The position numbers and the translations under genes are program-made. A stretch of 60,194 nt of DNA from a virus (lineage: Duplodnaviria > Caudoviricetes): positions 1 through 60,194 of IMG/VR virus record IMGVR_UViG_3300001450_000036. The stretch is one strand, 5' to 3'. Below are positions 26,837 through 37,583 of this stretch, in pieces. The notes under the pieces were generated by a model. It was not told the origin of the DNA. It saw only the letters and a program-made list of their open reading frames with translations, and did no database searches. Each line of letters begins with the position of its first letter. Positions within the stretch are counted from its first letter, which is position 1.

Positions 26837-29800
26837 TTAATATAAATTATTAAATGTCTGTATACCCCCTTTTCTAAAAGGATTGTCTGTGTAAAAAACA
26901 CTACTACTTATTTCAAACGGCACTCTTTCACTCTGAGACTCAGTATAAATAGTATCTCTATTAATTAGTGGGTATGCTCTATTTATTAACACTTCATAAC
27001 TATATTTACCTGGTTTAGGTGGTTGTAATTGGCAGGTTTTCATTATTCTACCTCTTTCTTCTACACCTATGTTATAAATTTCTTGTTGCTTTAAATCACC
27101 ATTTTCACCATACATTTTTACCACTATACTTTCTTCTAAATTATTATTTTTAGTGTAGATTATAGGTATTTCTGGTGTTTTTGTTAAAGTACTGGAAATT
27201 GTTTGATATATAGTTCTGTAAAATAATGCTATGGTGTCTCCACTTATATAGTCATTAGTATTTCTTAATAATTGTACTCTTCTCGAACTTACTTGTTGGA
27301 AGTCTTTGTTTAATGTTTGGGTGACTCCGTTTAAAGCTATGGAAACACCTCCGGAAGATTGTTTGTTTAGGTAGATATAATAATAACCATTTTCTTCGTA
27401 TATAGTTTCTGCACTAGAGGTGGGAATATTTGCGGGCACAGTAATTGTTTGTATGTACGAATCTGCAATAGCGTCATAAACTAGTTGTACTACATCTAGG
27501 TTTCTAACTGTTTCTTTAAAAAACATAACACTTCTAGTAGCAGAATTAAAAGTATAATCACCGGTTTGTGGTGCTCCACTTGTTACACCACTAAATCCTT
27601 CTGTCAGTAATAGACCATTAACATAAACTAATGGACCACTATTAGATATTTTATTACTTAGGGTCATTGTATATGTGTAAGAAGAATACGCTGCTGTAGT
27701 TACTTCAGGTAATCCTTGTAGTTGGCTTTTTTCTGTATATAATAAAGACATTTCAGTTGGAACTTCAAAATCACCAAAATGTAGTTGTGGTGTTGGTGGA
27801 TTACCTACCAACACTAAATAAAAGTCTTGTTTTATATCTATCTGGGTACTCGGTGGATAAATAGCTGTGTCTATCCAATACTCACTTAATGATTTTTTAT
27901 CCTTAAAAATATAACTAGGTTTTATAATAAATTGCCATGCATTAGACGTAAAACTAGAAAGTGGTAAGGTAGTACTTGCACTTACTATTGTACTTTGTAA
28001 ATCTTCGTGAAAGTAGTTAGGTAATGAATCAAATATCACTTCGTAGTCTGGCATTGTTGCTACCTCATTAGTTTCAAATAAATAAGGGTATACCCTAAAT
28101 TTTGGGTATGCGTTACCAAAAAGTATTTCGTCATTTTCACCACCGAAATAAAGTTGTATATCACAACTACCTGATTGACTAGAATTGTATACGTTTAAAT
28201 CTGGGATACCACCTACAGTATCTGTAGATGTGACATATGGTCTATTTAAACCATTAATTGTTAGGGTTGGATTGGGCATTGTTTGCATTGTAACCTTAAC
28301 TGCTGGTTTAATTGTTGGTACCCCTGGTTCAGTACTTGTAACTGGTGGGTTAGGTTTAGTTTGTGTTATATTAAGTGTAGTCGCGGTTGTTGCTGTAACA
28401 ATAGTAGAATTTGTGGGTCCTGGTGAACTTCCACAAGATGGTACTTCTACATAACTTTCAAATGGTGTTCCTGTGAATTGCATGTGGTAAAAATTAACAG
28501 ATTCTTGTGATGCATAAGAAAATCCAATTCTAGTAGACCCTAGGTATTTACATAATGCATCTTCACCTAACCATTGTGCCGCACTAGTACTATTCCCAGT
28601 CCATGTTGACTTGTCCAATAAATTTAAATTAATTGTGTAGTCAGAATTATATGGATTTGCAGCTCCTGCTGCTTTTGTCGCAGACGCTGCGGTTCCCATG
28701 GTATCGGTAAACTCTATTTTAAATTGTTCACCATAAACCCCACGTCTAGTTATTCTAGTTCTCACTGAACCTTCCGCGTTCCAATTGATTGACGCAGCTA
28801 AAGGTATTTTTGAACCTGTATTAGATAATATACTGTTAGTGTAGTGCGGATTGGTACTACAGTTACCACTTGAACTACAGTCTCTGAATCTATTGCCCCT
28901 ATAGTAACTATGAGCATAAGCACTATTAGCTACATTATCGATTATAGTAAATTTTCCAGTCCCTGACTTCATATTTAAATGAAGACTGTGTGTTACCCCT
29001 GTTGGCCCATATTCACCATATTCGTCTCTAAAAGATGCTAAAATAACACTAATAGTATCATCATCACTATCAGTAGAATTAAATGCTGTAGACCAGGTAT
29101 AATTTAAATAAGAACACCTACTTATCTTTCCGTTGTATAACCCCCAATTTCCAGTTGCTGAACTCTTAAATTTTCTAAGGGCACCAGGAGTGTAATTAAC
29201 TACCGCACTGGCCAAGGCTACATTCCCTGCAGAATTTACTGTGTAATCATTTGCATCTACATCTACATTACTAACTCCGTTGGTGGTACCCGTTAGTGAC
29301 CTCATCGAAACTGGGTTACCATTTTTACCATAATCAACTCTAGGGTCAATAGTTACCCACCCATAATTTCCTGGTACACCGAACCACCATACTAAAAATT
29401 TATTTATAAATGTATTATAATAGAAATACCCAACATCCCCAGCACTAGCTGTAGGTCCTGATGGTCCTATATTGTCACCCTCACTAATCGTATATGCACT
29501 TGCTCCAAGGTACCAATTTTTACTATTATCACTTCTTCTAGTCTCTGAAGTACCAGTATATAACCACACATACGGATTGTTAGCGTATATGTATCCATCA
29601 GTACCCAAACCTAAATCCATATTCCAAGTATTACTTGGATGTGCATTAGGTCCATAGGTTGGTGGGAAAGCTATAACTCGTGGGGCTCTTGGTGCCCATG
29701 AATTCCAACTGTTAAATAATTTAGTTATGTTCCAACCACTGTATGCACCCCCATCATTATACAACTCATAGGTACAACGTGTTAAATTTGGTTTTTCAGT

Positions 29801-30340
29801 TGTATTTAAAGGTCTTTCTTCAATTACATTAACACTATACATACCATTTTCTACATCTGTAAAAGTATGGGTCGTATCTGCTGTTGACCCGTAGTGAACA
29901 TCTATAATTCTACTATCTTTTATTAATTCATACCTATATCTAGGTGTTGTTGTTGTTGCTGTGGAAACTATTATTGTGCATTTTTTATTGGGGTCTAGGA
30001 TACAAGCATCTTCACCTAAAGCTGCGGTTATACTAGGTTTGGTTTGACCTGTTAATAGAATATTAGTTGTACCAGTCCCACCTGTTGCGTCCGTAATAAC
30101 AGCTTGGTATTCTCCAGCACATAGACTATATATATTAAAAGATGTAGCGGAATAACTACTTATTCCAGACCAAGATATTGTATAAGGTGATGTAGTACTA
30201 TTTCCGGAAATTTCTACATTATATATCGCACCACCACACTGACCACTTAATGTATCTTCTAGGGTCACACTTACTAAATTTATCTTCCCGTTTTGGGAGA
30301 CTATTCCACTTGTTCCTTCTATCATGTCAGATATTGCCAT
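26837..30340 (-). CDS. Large tail-fibre/adhesin-like protein with SprB-like N-terminal repeat
   Basis: GAI...ISG...PYTISWS...LCAGEYQAVITDATG. Beta-rich body. C-terminal VYVNG/ALNG-xxx-DY/DF repeats. Confidence 0.7.
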   Translation of the reverse strand: MAISDMIEGTSGIVSQNGKINLVSVTLEDTLSGQCGGAIYNVEISGNSTTSPYTISWSGISSYSATSFNIYSLCAGEYQAVITDATGGTGTTNILLTGQTKPSITAALGEDACILDPNKKCTIIVSTATTTTPRYRYELIKDSRIIDVHYGSTADTTHTFTDVENGMYSVNVIEERPLNTTEKPNLTRCTYELYNDGGAYSGWNITKLFNSWNSWAPRAPRVIAFPPTYGPNAHPSNTWNMDLGLGTDGYIYANNPYVWLYTGTSETRRSDNSKNWYLGASAYTISEGDNIGPSGPTASAGDVGYFYYNTFINKFLVWWFGVPGNYGWVTIDPRVDYGKNGNPVSMRSLTGTTNGVSNVDVDANDYTVNSAGNVALASAVVNYTPGALRKFKSSATGNWGLYNGKISRCSYLNYTWSTAFNSTDSDDDTISVILASFRDEYGEYGPTGVTHSLHLNMKSGTGKFTIIDNVANSAYAHSYYRGNRFRDCSSSGNCSTNPHYTNSILSNTGSKIPLAASINWNAEGSVRTRITRRGVYGEQFKIEFTDTMGTAASATKAAGAANPYNSDYTINLNLLDKSTWTGNSTSAAQWLGEDALCKYLGSTRIGFSYASQESVNFYHMQFTGTPFESYVEVPSCGSSPGPTNSTIVTATTATTLNITQTKPNPPVTSTEPGVPTIKPAVKVTMQTMPNPTLTINGLNRPYVTSTDTVGGIPDLNVYNSSQSGSCDIQLYFGGENDEILFGNAYPKFRVYPYLFETNEVATMPDYEVIFDSLPNYFHEDLQSTIVSASTTLPLSSFTSNAWQFIIKPSYIFKDKKSLSEYWIDTAIYPPSTQIDIKQDFYLVLVGNPPTPQLHFGDFEVPTEMSLLYTEKSQLQGLPEVTTAAYSSYTYTMTLSNKISNSGPLVYVNGLLLTEGFSGVTSGAPQTGDYTFNSATRSVMFFKETVRNLDVVQLVYDAIADSYIQTITVPANIPTSSAETIYEENGYYYIYLNKQSSGGVSIALNGVTQTLNKDFQQVSSRRVQLLRNTNDYISGDTIALFYRTIYQTISSTLTKTPEIPIIYTKNNNLEESIVVKMYGENGDLKQQEIYNIGVEERGRIMKTCQLQPPKPGKYSYEVLINRAYPLINRDTIYTESQSERVPFEISSSVFYTDNPFRKGGIQTFNNLY

Positions 30341-30348
30341 ATTATTAC

Positions 30349-33300
30349 TTATTTACAAGGTTCTTTTAAACTTATACATTTACCTAAAGATTCACACCAG
30401 TAGTAACCTGATTTACAAATCCCTAATTTATCAGCGTCACGTTCTTTTGTAGCACCTAGTAAATCCATACCTACTGGAGCATCTTTTTTGTCTTCATACA
30501 TAGTAGGTCCATCTCTTTCGTCTGTTATGTCTAGTGCACCACCTCTATCGTCTTCTTCACCAGAAGGTGTATCTGGTGGTGGAGGTGTAGTTTTTGCACA
30601 TTTTGCGTCACAAGCTTCTAAACTAGAATATATAGGTCCGTCATGAGGACCACCCTCATAAGGGAAACAAACACCACCAACACAAACATAACTAATGTTA
30701 TCTGTATGAACAGGGGGTTTTGCTCTAGGTCCACCCCTACCATCACCATCTACCACCCCTTCCTCGTTATCCAATACTGGTTCAGGTTTACCACCAGGAG
30801 GTCCAATAGGTGGTCGTGTTCCACTGTCAGTTTCACCACCCATCACACTAGTTATACCGTTAATTAATGTTGTACCAATAGGGGCTTTCTTAACTATAGT
30901 TCCATTTGCTTCTATAATAAAGTCATTACTATCACAATTCCCAACCATAACTGGTTTACAACTACTATACAAACTTTTACAATAAATTTCTGCTTCTTTA
31001 TAACATTCTTCACAATTTAATAATTCTAAATTAGTATAAACATCACTTACACCATATATTGGGTCTATCCCAATATCTTCAGCTATATCTTGGCCACATT
31101 TACAGTAATATTGACATCTAAAGTCACCGGCTAATGTTAAAGGTGCTGGGTTATAATGAGAATGACTAGATATTATTTTAATTTCTTTACCGTTTATTCT
31201 TATTTTTTTATTTACATTCACTAACCTCCAATTTTCTGGGGTATTTTTATGTAAAATATTATAAGCGGTGTTTACTTTTGCTGGTGAACATGGTTTATAA
31301 AAATTACAATCTGGTGTAACAACAATATAATGTTTAAGTTTATCACCAAACATATTTTTAAACGTATTCTCTATAATATAAGATTGATTAATTTGTGGAA
31401 AGGTAAAATCACATTTACCACCATAATCCATATTATAGGTAGGTAGATAGAAACAGAACTTTCCATCATCTTTCATTACAGTCATATTTTGTTTAGTACC
31501 TTGTGTTAGGGTGTAGTCTTTAATTTTATTAGTTTCTATAAGGTATTGCCATACGTTTGTTGGTGTGTTTATTTTTTTATTCCACACCAACATATCGTTA
31601 GGGCCTGTACTATCAATAAAACTCAAGTTATTAAAGTTTGTTTCGTCAACTGTAGGTCTAACTATATTCCCACACTCCTTATCACTTAAATATAGTGTAC
31701 CATCCAAGTGTACTTTTCTGGTTTCTCCATCATTAACCATATTAAAAGCTTTGGATTTATGTGTGGAGTCAAAGAATAATATTTTATTAGTAAAGTAATT
31801 ACCAACTTTTACCCCCCTAAACCAAGGTGCTTCCATAGTATTTCCGGATGAATCTAATTTATGTCCTAAATTAATAGTTAGATTACTAGTACCACCTGTT
31901 TCCCCAAAGTAATTCGATTTAGATGTTGCTGTCCAATTAGTATCATAATTTAAAGTTATAGATTGCCCACTTAATAAGTTTATAAGTCCTGTATCTATAG
32001 TTATTGGTATTTGTCTGTGAAAAATTGTTGATGACGATACCCCACTTAATATACAAGAGTTGCTCCCACTAAAAGATTTATCATTTTGGCTAACTGGTAG
32101 TGTAAGGTATTCGTTAGCCCCACCAAATATTTTGCTTCTTAGAACACTAAATTTCTTTAGTGTGGTAGTAGCTGTACTTCCCGAATTATACTTATCTAAA
32201 CTCACGGTAAAGTTAAAATTAAGTAACCCACTGTTTAATGGGATATTGGTTACAAGTTCTTCATCATTTCTCTTAAATTTATAACCTGGATGAAACTTAA
32301 ACTTGGTGTCTTGTATTACGGTCTTGGTTTCCCCTTCACCTGCTTGTATAATAGAAGTATTAATTAGTCTCTTTATTTCATAATCACTACTAGGGTAAGC
32401 ACCTGTAATATCTGATGGGTAAGCTCTTGTTAAATAATCACACCATTTTGTATCCGTATATTTTACATCTAGATATGCTTTATAAGTAAACCTATAAATT
32501 CCATTAGTGGTTGCTGTATAAGTAAAATAATCACCAGTTACTGCGTTATTTAGTATAATATTTCCTCCGTTTGGGTGGTAAGCTTCGCTAAAAGCGTAAG
32601 CTCTATAATTACGTGTTAAATCATCTATAAGTGGTAATGTTTTTTGGGGTACTATGTTAGATACTGGTATGCTGGTTCCCGCTGAAAAAGTGTTTCCAGT
32701 CATAAATAAATCATAGGTATGATTAGATTTATATCTATCAGTTGTAGTTGTTGTAAAGCCAGAATATATGGTGTCTGTTTTATTAGTATATGTCGTAAAT
32801 AAAAAATCTGTTTTACTATTAGCACTGATTGGTGCATAGTTAAAAAATTCTGTTAGGGTATCGTGGGGTTTACTGGTATGTTTTTTTCCTACCATAGGTA
32901 ACCCATCGTGTCTATGATAGTAACCAACATAGTCTTTACCTGCCAATGAAAATTTACCACCTTTAGTATATAGGTTATTCTGAATTCCTTCGTCTCCATT
33001 AATCCAAGTTTTTTTTCTTGGGCAACATAGTATAGTCTTTATAAGACCGTCACTAAAGTATGAAAATGTAATGTCGGAGAATTGGTCTAGTAAGGTTCTT
33101 TCTATCCATTGTGAAATTTTACTATACGTTCTTTTGGTGTTTCCAATTCTTCCATCCCCATTTATAGTAGGATAACTTTCAATATTACCAATTTGTTGTA
33201 ATTTTAATTTTTCCGAAAATGCAACTAATTGTTCTTTATTGGCAAATCTTAATGAATAACATCTATTAGAGTCCGTTACTCTATTATTATTAAAAAGTTC

Positions 33301-34260
33301 CTGTGCCCAATCTAACTGGTATATCTCTTTACCGTATTTAAAATATTTTTTACTCTCTTTAATTTCATTATCAAAAACGATTCTAGATACATTATATGGT
33401 ATTTGTACTACGTTATCTGGGGTTAAATTAAGATTACTTAAATTAACATCTGGGTTAAGTTTATTCTCTACAGCGTATACTTTACTATCAACTAAATTTA
33501 TAGAATCGGGTTGTGCGTTGAAGGGGAATAATTGTTTTTTATAGTCATGTATAACCTCTCTAGAGGCTAAATCTTTATTTTTTAAACTAATATATGTTGT
33601 ATCTAGTCTTATGTTTGGTGTGTCATTTATAATTTGTCTAGGTGGTATAATATCCATGACCGCACCTTTTACTGTTATAGTATCGTCCTTACTTATTTTT
33701 AAACCTAAGGAATTTATGTATTGGTTTTCACTTTCTATTAAAATGTCTAGGTCAAATGCTACGTTTTGGATTGTATTTCTATTCATCCTCACGTTAGGTA
33801 GTATCATTTGTAGTGCGTGTACTTTACCCCCTATTCTCTTTCCGAAACTTTTTAAAGCCCCACTACCACTACGACTACCATAAGATGGAGTAGCATCAAA
33901 ATAATTAGGGTGGGAAAGAAAAGCTCCCCATTTTTTACCTTTAACACTTTCAAAACCATACACCCCTTGTTTGTTATTAAAAACCTCCAATATTATATCT
34001 GATTTTGCAATAGTAAGTAAATTACTGGTATTGTGTATTTTTACATGACTTCTAGGGAACTTTAAAAATAACCTTTCAGTACCATCAGTTTGTGTTTTTA
34101 TCACTGCTTCTATAGGACGTATAGTATCGTATGTACATGTGAAAGCTTTTTGTTTATTAAAACCAACCCCATCTACTGTACCAGAGACATAAAAAATGAA
34201 CTCTAACTTATCAGCTAAAACTCTTAAATCTATTTTATTTTTATATACTTTAATTGCCAT
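30349..34260 (-). CDS. Large virion-associated protein with Cys-rich, Pro/Gly-rich C-terminus
   Basis: 1303-aa ORF in the structural operon. Carries a YVCVGGVC...YSSLEACDAKC repeat. Confidence 0.7.
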   Translation of the reverse strand: MAIKVYKNKIDLRVLADKLEFIFYVSGTVDGVGFNKQKAFTCTYDTIRPIEAVIKTQTDGTERLFLKFPRSHVKIHNTSNLLTIAKSDIILEVFNNKQGVYGFESVKGKKWGAFLSHPNYFDATPSYGSRSGSGALKSFGKRIGGKVHALQMILPNVRMNRNTIQNVAFDLDILIESENQYINSLGLKISKDDTITVKGAVMDIIPPRQIINDTPNIRLDTTYISLKNKDLASREVIHDYKKQLFPFNAQPDSINLVDSKVYAVENKLNPDVNLSNLNLTPDNVVQIPYNVSRIVFDNEIKESKKYFKYGKEIYQLDWAQELFNNNRVTDSNRCYSLRFANKEQLVAFSEKLKLQQIGNIESYPTINGDGRIGNTKRTYSKISQWIERTLLDQFSDITFSYFSDGLIKTILCCPRKKTWINGDEGIQNNLYTKGGKFSLAGKDYVGYYHRHDGLPMVGKKHTSKPHDTLTEFFNYAPISANSKTDFLFTTYTNKTDTIYSGFTTTTTDRYKSNHTYDLFMTGNTFSAGTSIPVSNIVPQKTLPLIDDLTRNYRAYAFSEAYHPNGGNIILNNAVTGDYFTYTATTNGIYRFTYKAYLDVKYTDTKWCDYLTRAYPSDITGAYPSSDYEIKRLINTSIIQAGEGETKTVIQDTKFKFHPGYKFKRNDEELVTNIPLNSGLLNFNFTVSLDKYNSGSTATTTLKKFSVLRSKIFGGANEYLTLPVSQNDKSFSGSNSCILSGVSSSTIFHRQIPITIDTGLINLLSGQSITLNYDTNWTATSKSNYFGETGGTSNLTINLGHKLDSSGNTMEAPWFRGVKVGNYFTNKILFFDSTHKSKAFNMVNDGETRKVHLDGTLYLSDKECGNIVRPTVDETNFNNLSFIDSTGPNDMLVWNKKINTPTNVWQYLIETNKIKDYTLTQGTKQNMTVMKDDGKFCFYLPTYNMDYGGKCDFTFPQINQSYIIENTFKNMFGDKLKHYIVVTPDCNFYKPCSPAKVNTAYNILHKNTPENWRLVNVNKKIRINGKEIKIISSHSHYNPAPLTLAGDFRCQYYCKCGQDIAEDIGIDPIYGVSDVYTNLELLNCEECYKEAEIYCKSLYSSCKPVMVGNCDSNDFIIEANGTIVKKAPIGTTLINGITSVMGGETDSGTRPPIGPPGGKPEPVLDNEEGVVDGDGRGGPRAKPPVHTDNISYVCVGGVCFPYEGGPHDGPIYSSLEACDAKCAKTTPPPPDTPSGEEDDRGGALDITDERDGPTMYEDKKDAPVGMDLLGATKERDADKLGICKSGYYWCESLGKCISLKEPCK

Positions 34261-34272
34261 AATATATTTTAA

Positions 34273-37200
34273 TTAATAACCACCACTACCACCACCTCCA
34301 CCACCACTAGACACACCTACTCCACTGGTTGTTGAGCCTCCACCAACTCTAGCTGGCACATTACCTGTTGTTGGTGTGGTAGGTCGTCCACCACCACTTT
34401 GGGTTGGTGTTATGGGGTTATCTCCTTTTATATTTAAATCGTAGTTTATCACCCAACTGTCTACGTCTTCGTAATTCTTTAAACTGTCTACACATAAAAG
34501 ATTATTTACACTTCCTTGTTTTGTAAATAACGAATTAGTTCTATATTTTCTTTTATTACCAATAAAACCATCACTTAATAAATTAGTAACTTTACTAACT
34601 ATTTTACTCCCAGTTAATTTTCCTCTATTATCTATATTATAATAATTTGAATAACTAGATATGGGATTGGGTGTTTGTCCTGTTAATATGTTATCGTAGT
34701 ATTTTGTACCTTCTTGGGGTGGTGCTGGTGGTGTTGTTTCTTCAATCATTAGTTTGTATTGTGGAGCTGGGTATGAGGTGTATCCGGTTGGAGATACGGT
34801 AAAGCTACCTGTCAGTGCACTAACTATTGTTGTCCCAGTTACATTATAACATCGATACACAAATTTATCTCTATGAAATACTGAGTTTTGTATTTTAACC
34901 CCACTTAACCATAGTGTAGTTGAGGGAACTAATTGTTCAATAATTTTAACCCAGTAGTCACCCATAGACTGAGCGTAGTCCAACATTTTGGTGTAAGTGT
35001 ATTTGTTATTATCCCCACAATTATTTCTTAAATAATCTAAATACATTTGTTGTAATGTAGGGTAACCACCTGTTTTACCATCACTTATTGTCATTCTATT
35101 CTTTGCGTCAATAAAATTCTTCCAAAAATGTTGGTTAAATGTTTTAAAGTCATGTAATTTTGCGTTCCATTGTGGGTTGGTTGAGTCCCAGGTACCTCCG
35201 GAATTTGGGTATGGTGATGGTAGTGAGCCTCCACTGAAAAAACAATCACTTTGTGCTGATTGCCTCCACACATCGTAACTTAAACCTTGGCCAATATTTA
35301 AACTTAGTTCTACGTTTTTAACATTTAAAACTAGTTTTTCATTACTCGTTTGGTAGTAAGCGTCTCGATTTTTAAACGTGTAGTCTCTTGTTTGTTGCCC
35401 CGGTAATTCATATGACCATGATTTTTTATCATCAATGACCCTAGTCAAACCAAAACCAAAAGACATGTGGGGAAACCTTCTAAACCTATCCAAGTATGGT
35501 GATTTTAAATCATTAGAATATTGTCCTCTCGTCCAAAAACCACCCCAAGTAAATGGAGCAAATTTATTATTAATAACCGGTGTACAACCAGATAGTATAG
35601 AATTATCTTCATCTAATATTAATTCCGACTTATGTTCTTCATTTCTTTCATACCATCCAGCTCCTCTTTGAAAAAAGTAGTTATTCGTAATTCTTGGTTT
35701 TGTTGGGTATCCGTCTTTGTCTAATGGGTAATCTCCTTGACCACCACTGGATGTATACCTAATAAAAGGATGTGTTGTAGTACCAGTAGACACATAAAAA
35801 GCTGGTGATACTCCCATACCAAATAATACTGGACTAAATTTAATAGTGTCATTAACATATGAACCCCCCGATATTTGTGCCCATCTTTTTGTAAATCTAT
35901 TTTCTGGTCTAAAATGGTTAGGTGATATCCAACCAGTGTTAGTGTTGTCAGCTAATACCCCAAAACCTGAAGTACCAGTAAACGCACTGTATTCTTCAGG
36001 GCCACCAAATCTATATTGTAGTGGTTGAGTTAGTTTAATTTTAGAGTCTGCTAAGACTACGTATTCATTAAATTCTATTAATGCCCTAGGTGCTCCTAAT
36101 AAACCTAACATGAATTCAATTGATTTTCTGGTACCTTTAGACTTAAATAAATAAGCTGTATTCATTAAGATTCTTCTATATAGTTCTACATCAAGTTGGC
36201 TTGGTGTTTTTCCGATACTTGTACCTGAATATGTTGGGTTTGACACACCCAAAACACTATCTAAGAATTTTGTATTGTCTAATGTTGACGGTGTTGACCA
36301 ACCTAATGTTTTCGCAAAGTTTTTAATTAACTTATTAGGTATATTATTCTTACCATCATAGGTTACATTAGTCATATATGCTATACCATCTACAAAAGTT
36401 TTAATATCGTCAAAACTTCTTCCATAGATTTGTAGTGTTTTTTCTACTTTTTGACCGCTAGTATCAAATTCTTTTAGTACTGGGGCGGTTAAAAATCTAG
36501 AAATTAGGTTAGTTTTTTGTGTGTCTAACTCATCACCTAAATTCGCTAAACTTGTTAAGTACTGTGTATATAAACTAGTGGTAATATCAAGATTAACCGC
36601 ATCTTCTAAAGGCCAAGTAATTTCTTCATTATTAAAGTAAGTAACTCCCTGGTCCGTCTCTTTTAATAATTTAAATTTTGCTGTGTATATTGGGTTACAT
36701 TCTCTATTCACCAAAAAAGATTCAACGTCCTCAAACTCTTGGAATTGTTTTTCACTTTCTTCTTTACTAGGTTTTAGATAGTATTGTTTTGTAGTGGTTG
36801 TCGCTGTACCTAAAGGTGACCCTTTTACAGTTACTTCAATATAGTTTATGGTTGTTGTTTGGGGTTTTAAATCTAAAATTTTATATTCTTTGTCTGTTAC
36901 ACTACCACTAAATGTTAAAACGTATTTACCATATTCACGAGTTAGGTTTCTTAATGTAGCAACACTACCATCAGCAATTTTTACTATTGTATTACTAACA
37001 TGCCCAAACTGTTCTAGGTTATTAATTATTTGTTCTTTACTTATGTGATGTGTAATCAGATTTCCATTTGTAGTAAACTCTATATTAAATGGGTTTGCTA
37101 GATAATTTACATTAATTCTAAAGGTTGTTTGGTCTCTGCCCCCATCATATACAATATTAGTAGCTGTGGTATTTCCAGTGTTTAAATTAATATCAACCCC

Positions 37201-37578
37201 ATCAATAAATAAAGCACCTGGAAAAAAATTAATTATGTTTTCTGTTGCTACTTTTAATCTTTTATTTAAAGAACCATATAAAACAAAATTAGTTAAATCT
37301 GATGTGTCGTGATTAATATAAACTTCTAAATTATTACTCGCTAAGGATTTTGCTAATTCTAAGTCAGTAATATTTAATGACTCTAAAGTTATTGGAGCAG
37401 AAAACCCACCTAAATTATAATTTGCATTATTTCTTCTACTATAATTTTGTGGGGTAGAAAAATTACCTAGTGTCATCTGAGATGAACCATCAGTAAATTG
37501 ATTACCTACTAGATTATCACTAAAGGTACCAAGACCATTTGGTGGTGCTGGGGGATATCTAAATCTGTTACTAGTCAT
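34273..37578 (-). CDS. Baseplate wedge-like protein (gp7/P2 gpI-like motif)
   Basis: LIKNFAKTLGW...YLFKSKGTRKSIEFMLGLLG is typical of wedge/tail-I-like proteins. Confidence 0.7.
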   Translation of the reverse strand: MTSNRFRYPPAPPNGLGTFSDNLVGNQFTDGSSQMTLGNFSTPQNYSRRNNANYNLGGFSAPITLESLNITDLELAKSLASNNLEVYINHDTSDLTNFVLYGSLNKRLKVATENIINFFPGALFIDGVDINLNTGNTTATNIVYDGGRDQTTFRINVNYLANPFNIEFTTNGNLITHHISKEQIINNLEQFGHVSNTIVKIADGSVATLRNLTREYGKYVLTFSGSVTDKEYKILDLKPQTTTINYIEVTVKGSPLGTATTTTKQYYLKPSKEESEKQFQEFEDVESFLVNRECNPIYTAKFKLLKETDQGVTYFNNEEITWPLEDAVNLDITTSLYTQYLTSLANLGDELDTQKTNLISRFLTAPVLKEFDTSGQKVEKTLQIYGRSFDDIKTFVDGIAYMTNVTYDGKNNIPNKLIKNFAKTLGWSTPSTLDNTKFLDSVLGVSNPTYSGTSIGKTPSQLDVELYRRILMNTAYLFKSKGTRKSIEFMLGLLGAPRALIEFNEYVVLADSKIKLTQPLQYRFGGPEEYSAFTGTSGFGVLADNTNTGWISPNHFRPENRFTKRWAQISGGSYVNDTIKFSPVLFGMGVSPAFYVSTGTTTHPFIRYTSSGGQGDYPLDKDGYPTKPRITNNYFFQRGAGWYERNEEHKSELILDEDNSILSGCTPVINNKFAPFTWGGFWTRGQYSNDLKSPYLDRFRRFPHMSFGFGLTRVIDDKKSWSYELPGQQTRDYTFKNRDAYYQTSNEKLVLNVKNVELSLNIGQGLSYDVWRQSAQSDCFFSGGSLPSPYPNSGGTWDSTNPQWNAKLHDFKTFNQHFWKNFIDAKNRMTISDGKTGGYPTLQQMYLDYLRNNCGDNNKYTYTKMLDYAQSMGDYWVKIIEQLVPSTTLWLSGVKIQNSVFHRDKFVYRCYNVTGTTIVSALTGSFTVSPTGYTSYPAPQYKLMIEETTPPAPPQEGTKYYDNILTGQTPNPISSYSNYYNIDNRGKLTGSKIVSKVTNLLSDGFIGNKRKYRTNSLFTKQGSVNNLLCVDSLKNYEDVDSWVINYDLNIKGDNPITPTQSGGGRPTTPTTGNVPARVGGGSTTSGVGVSSGGGGGGSGGY

Positions 37579-37583
37579 CCTAA

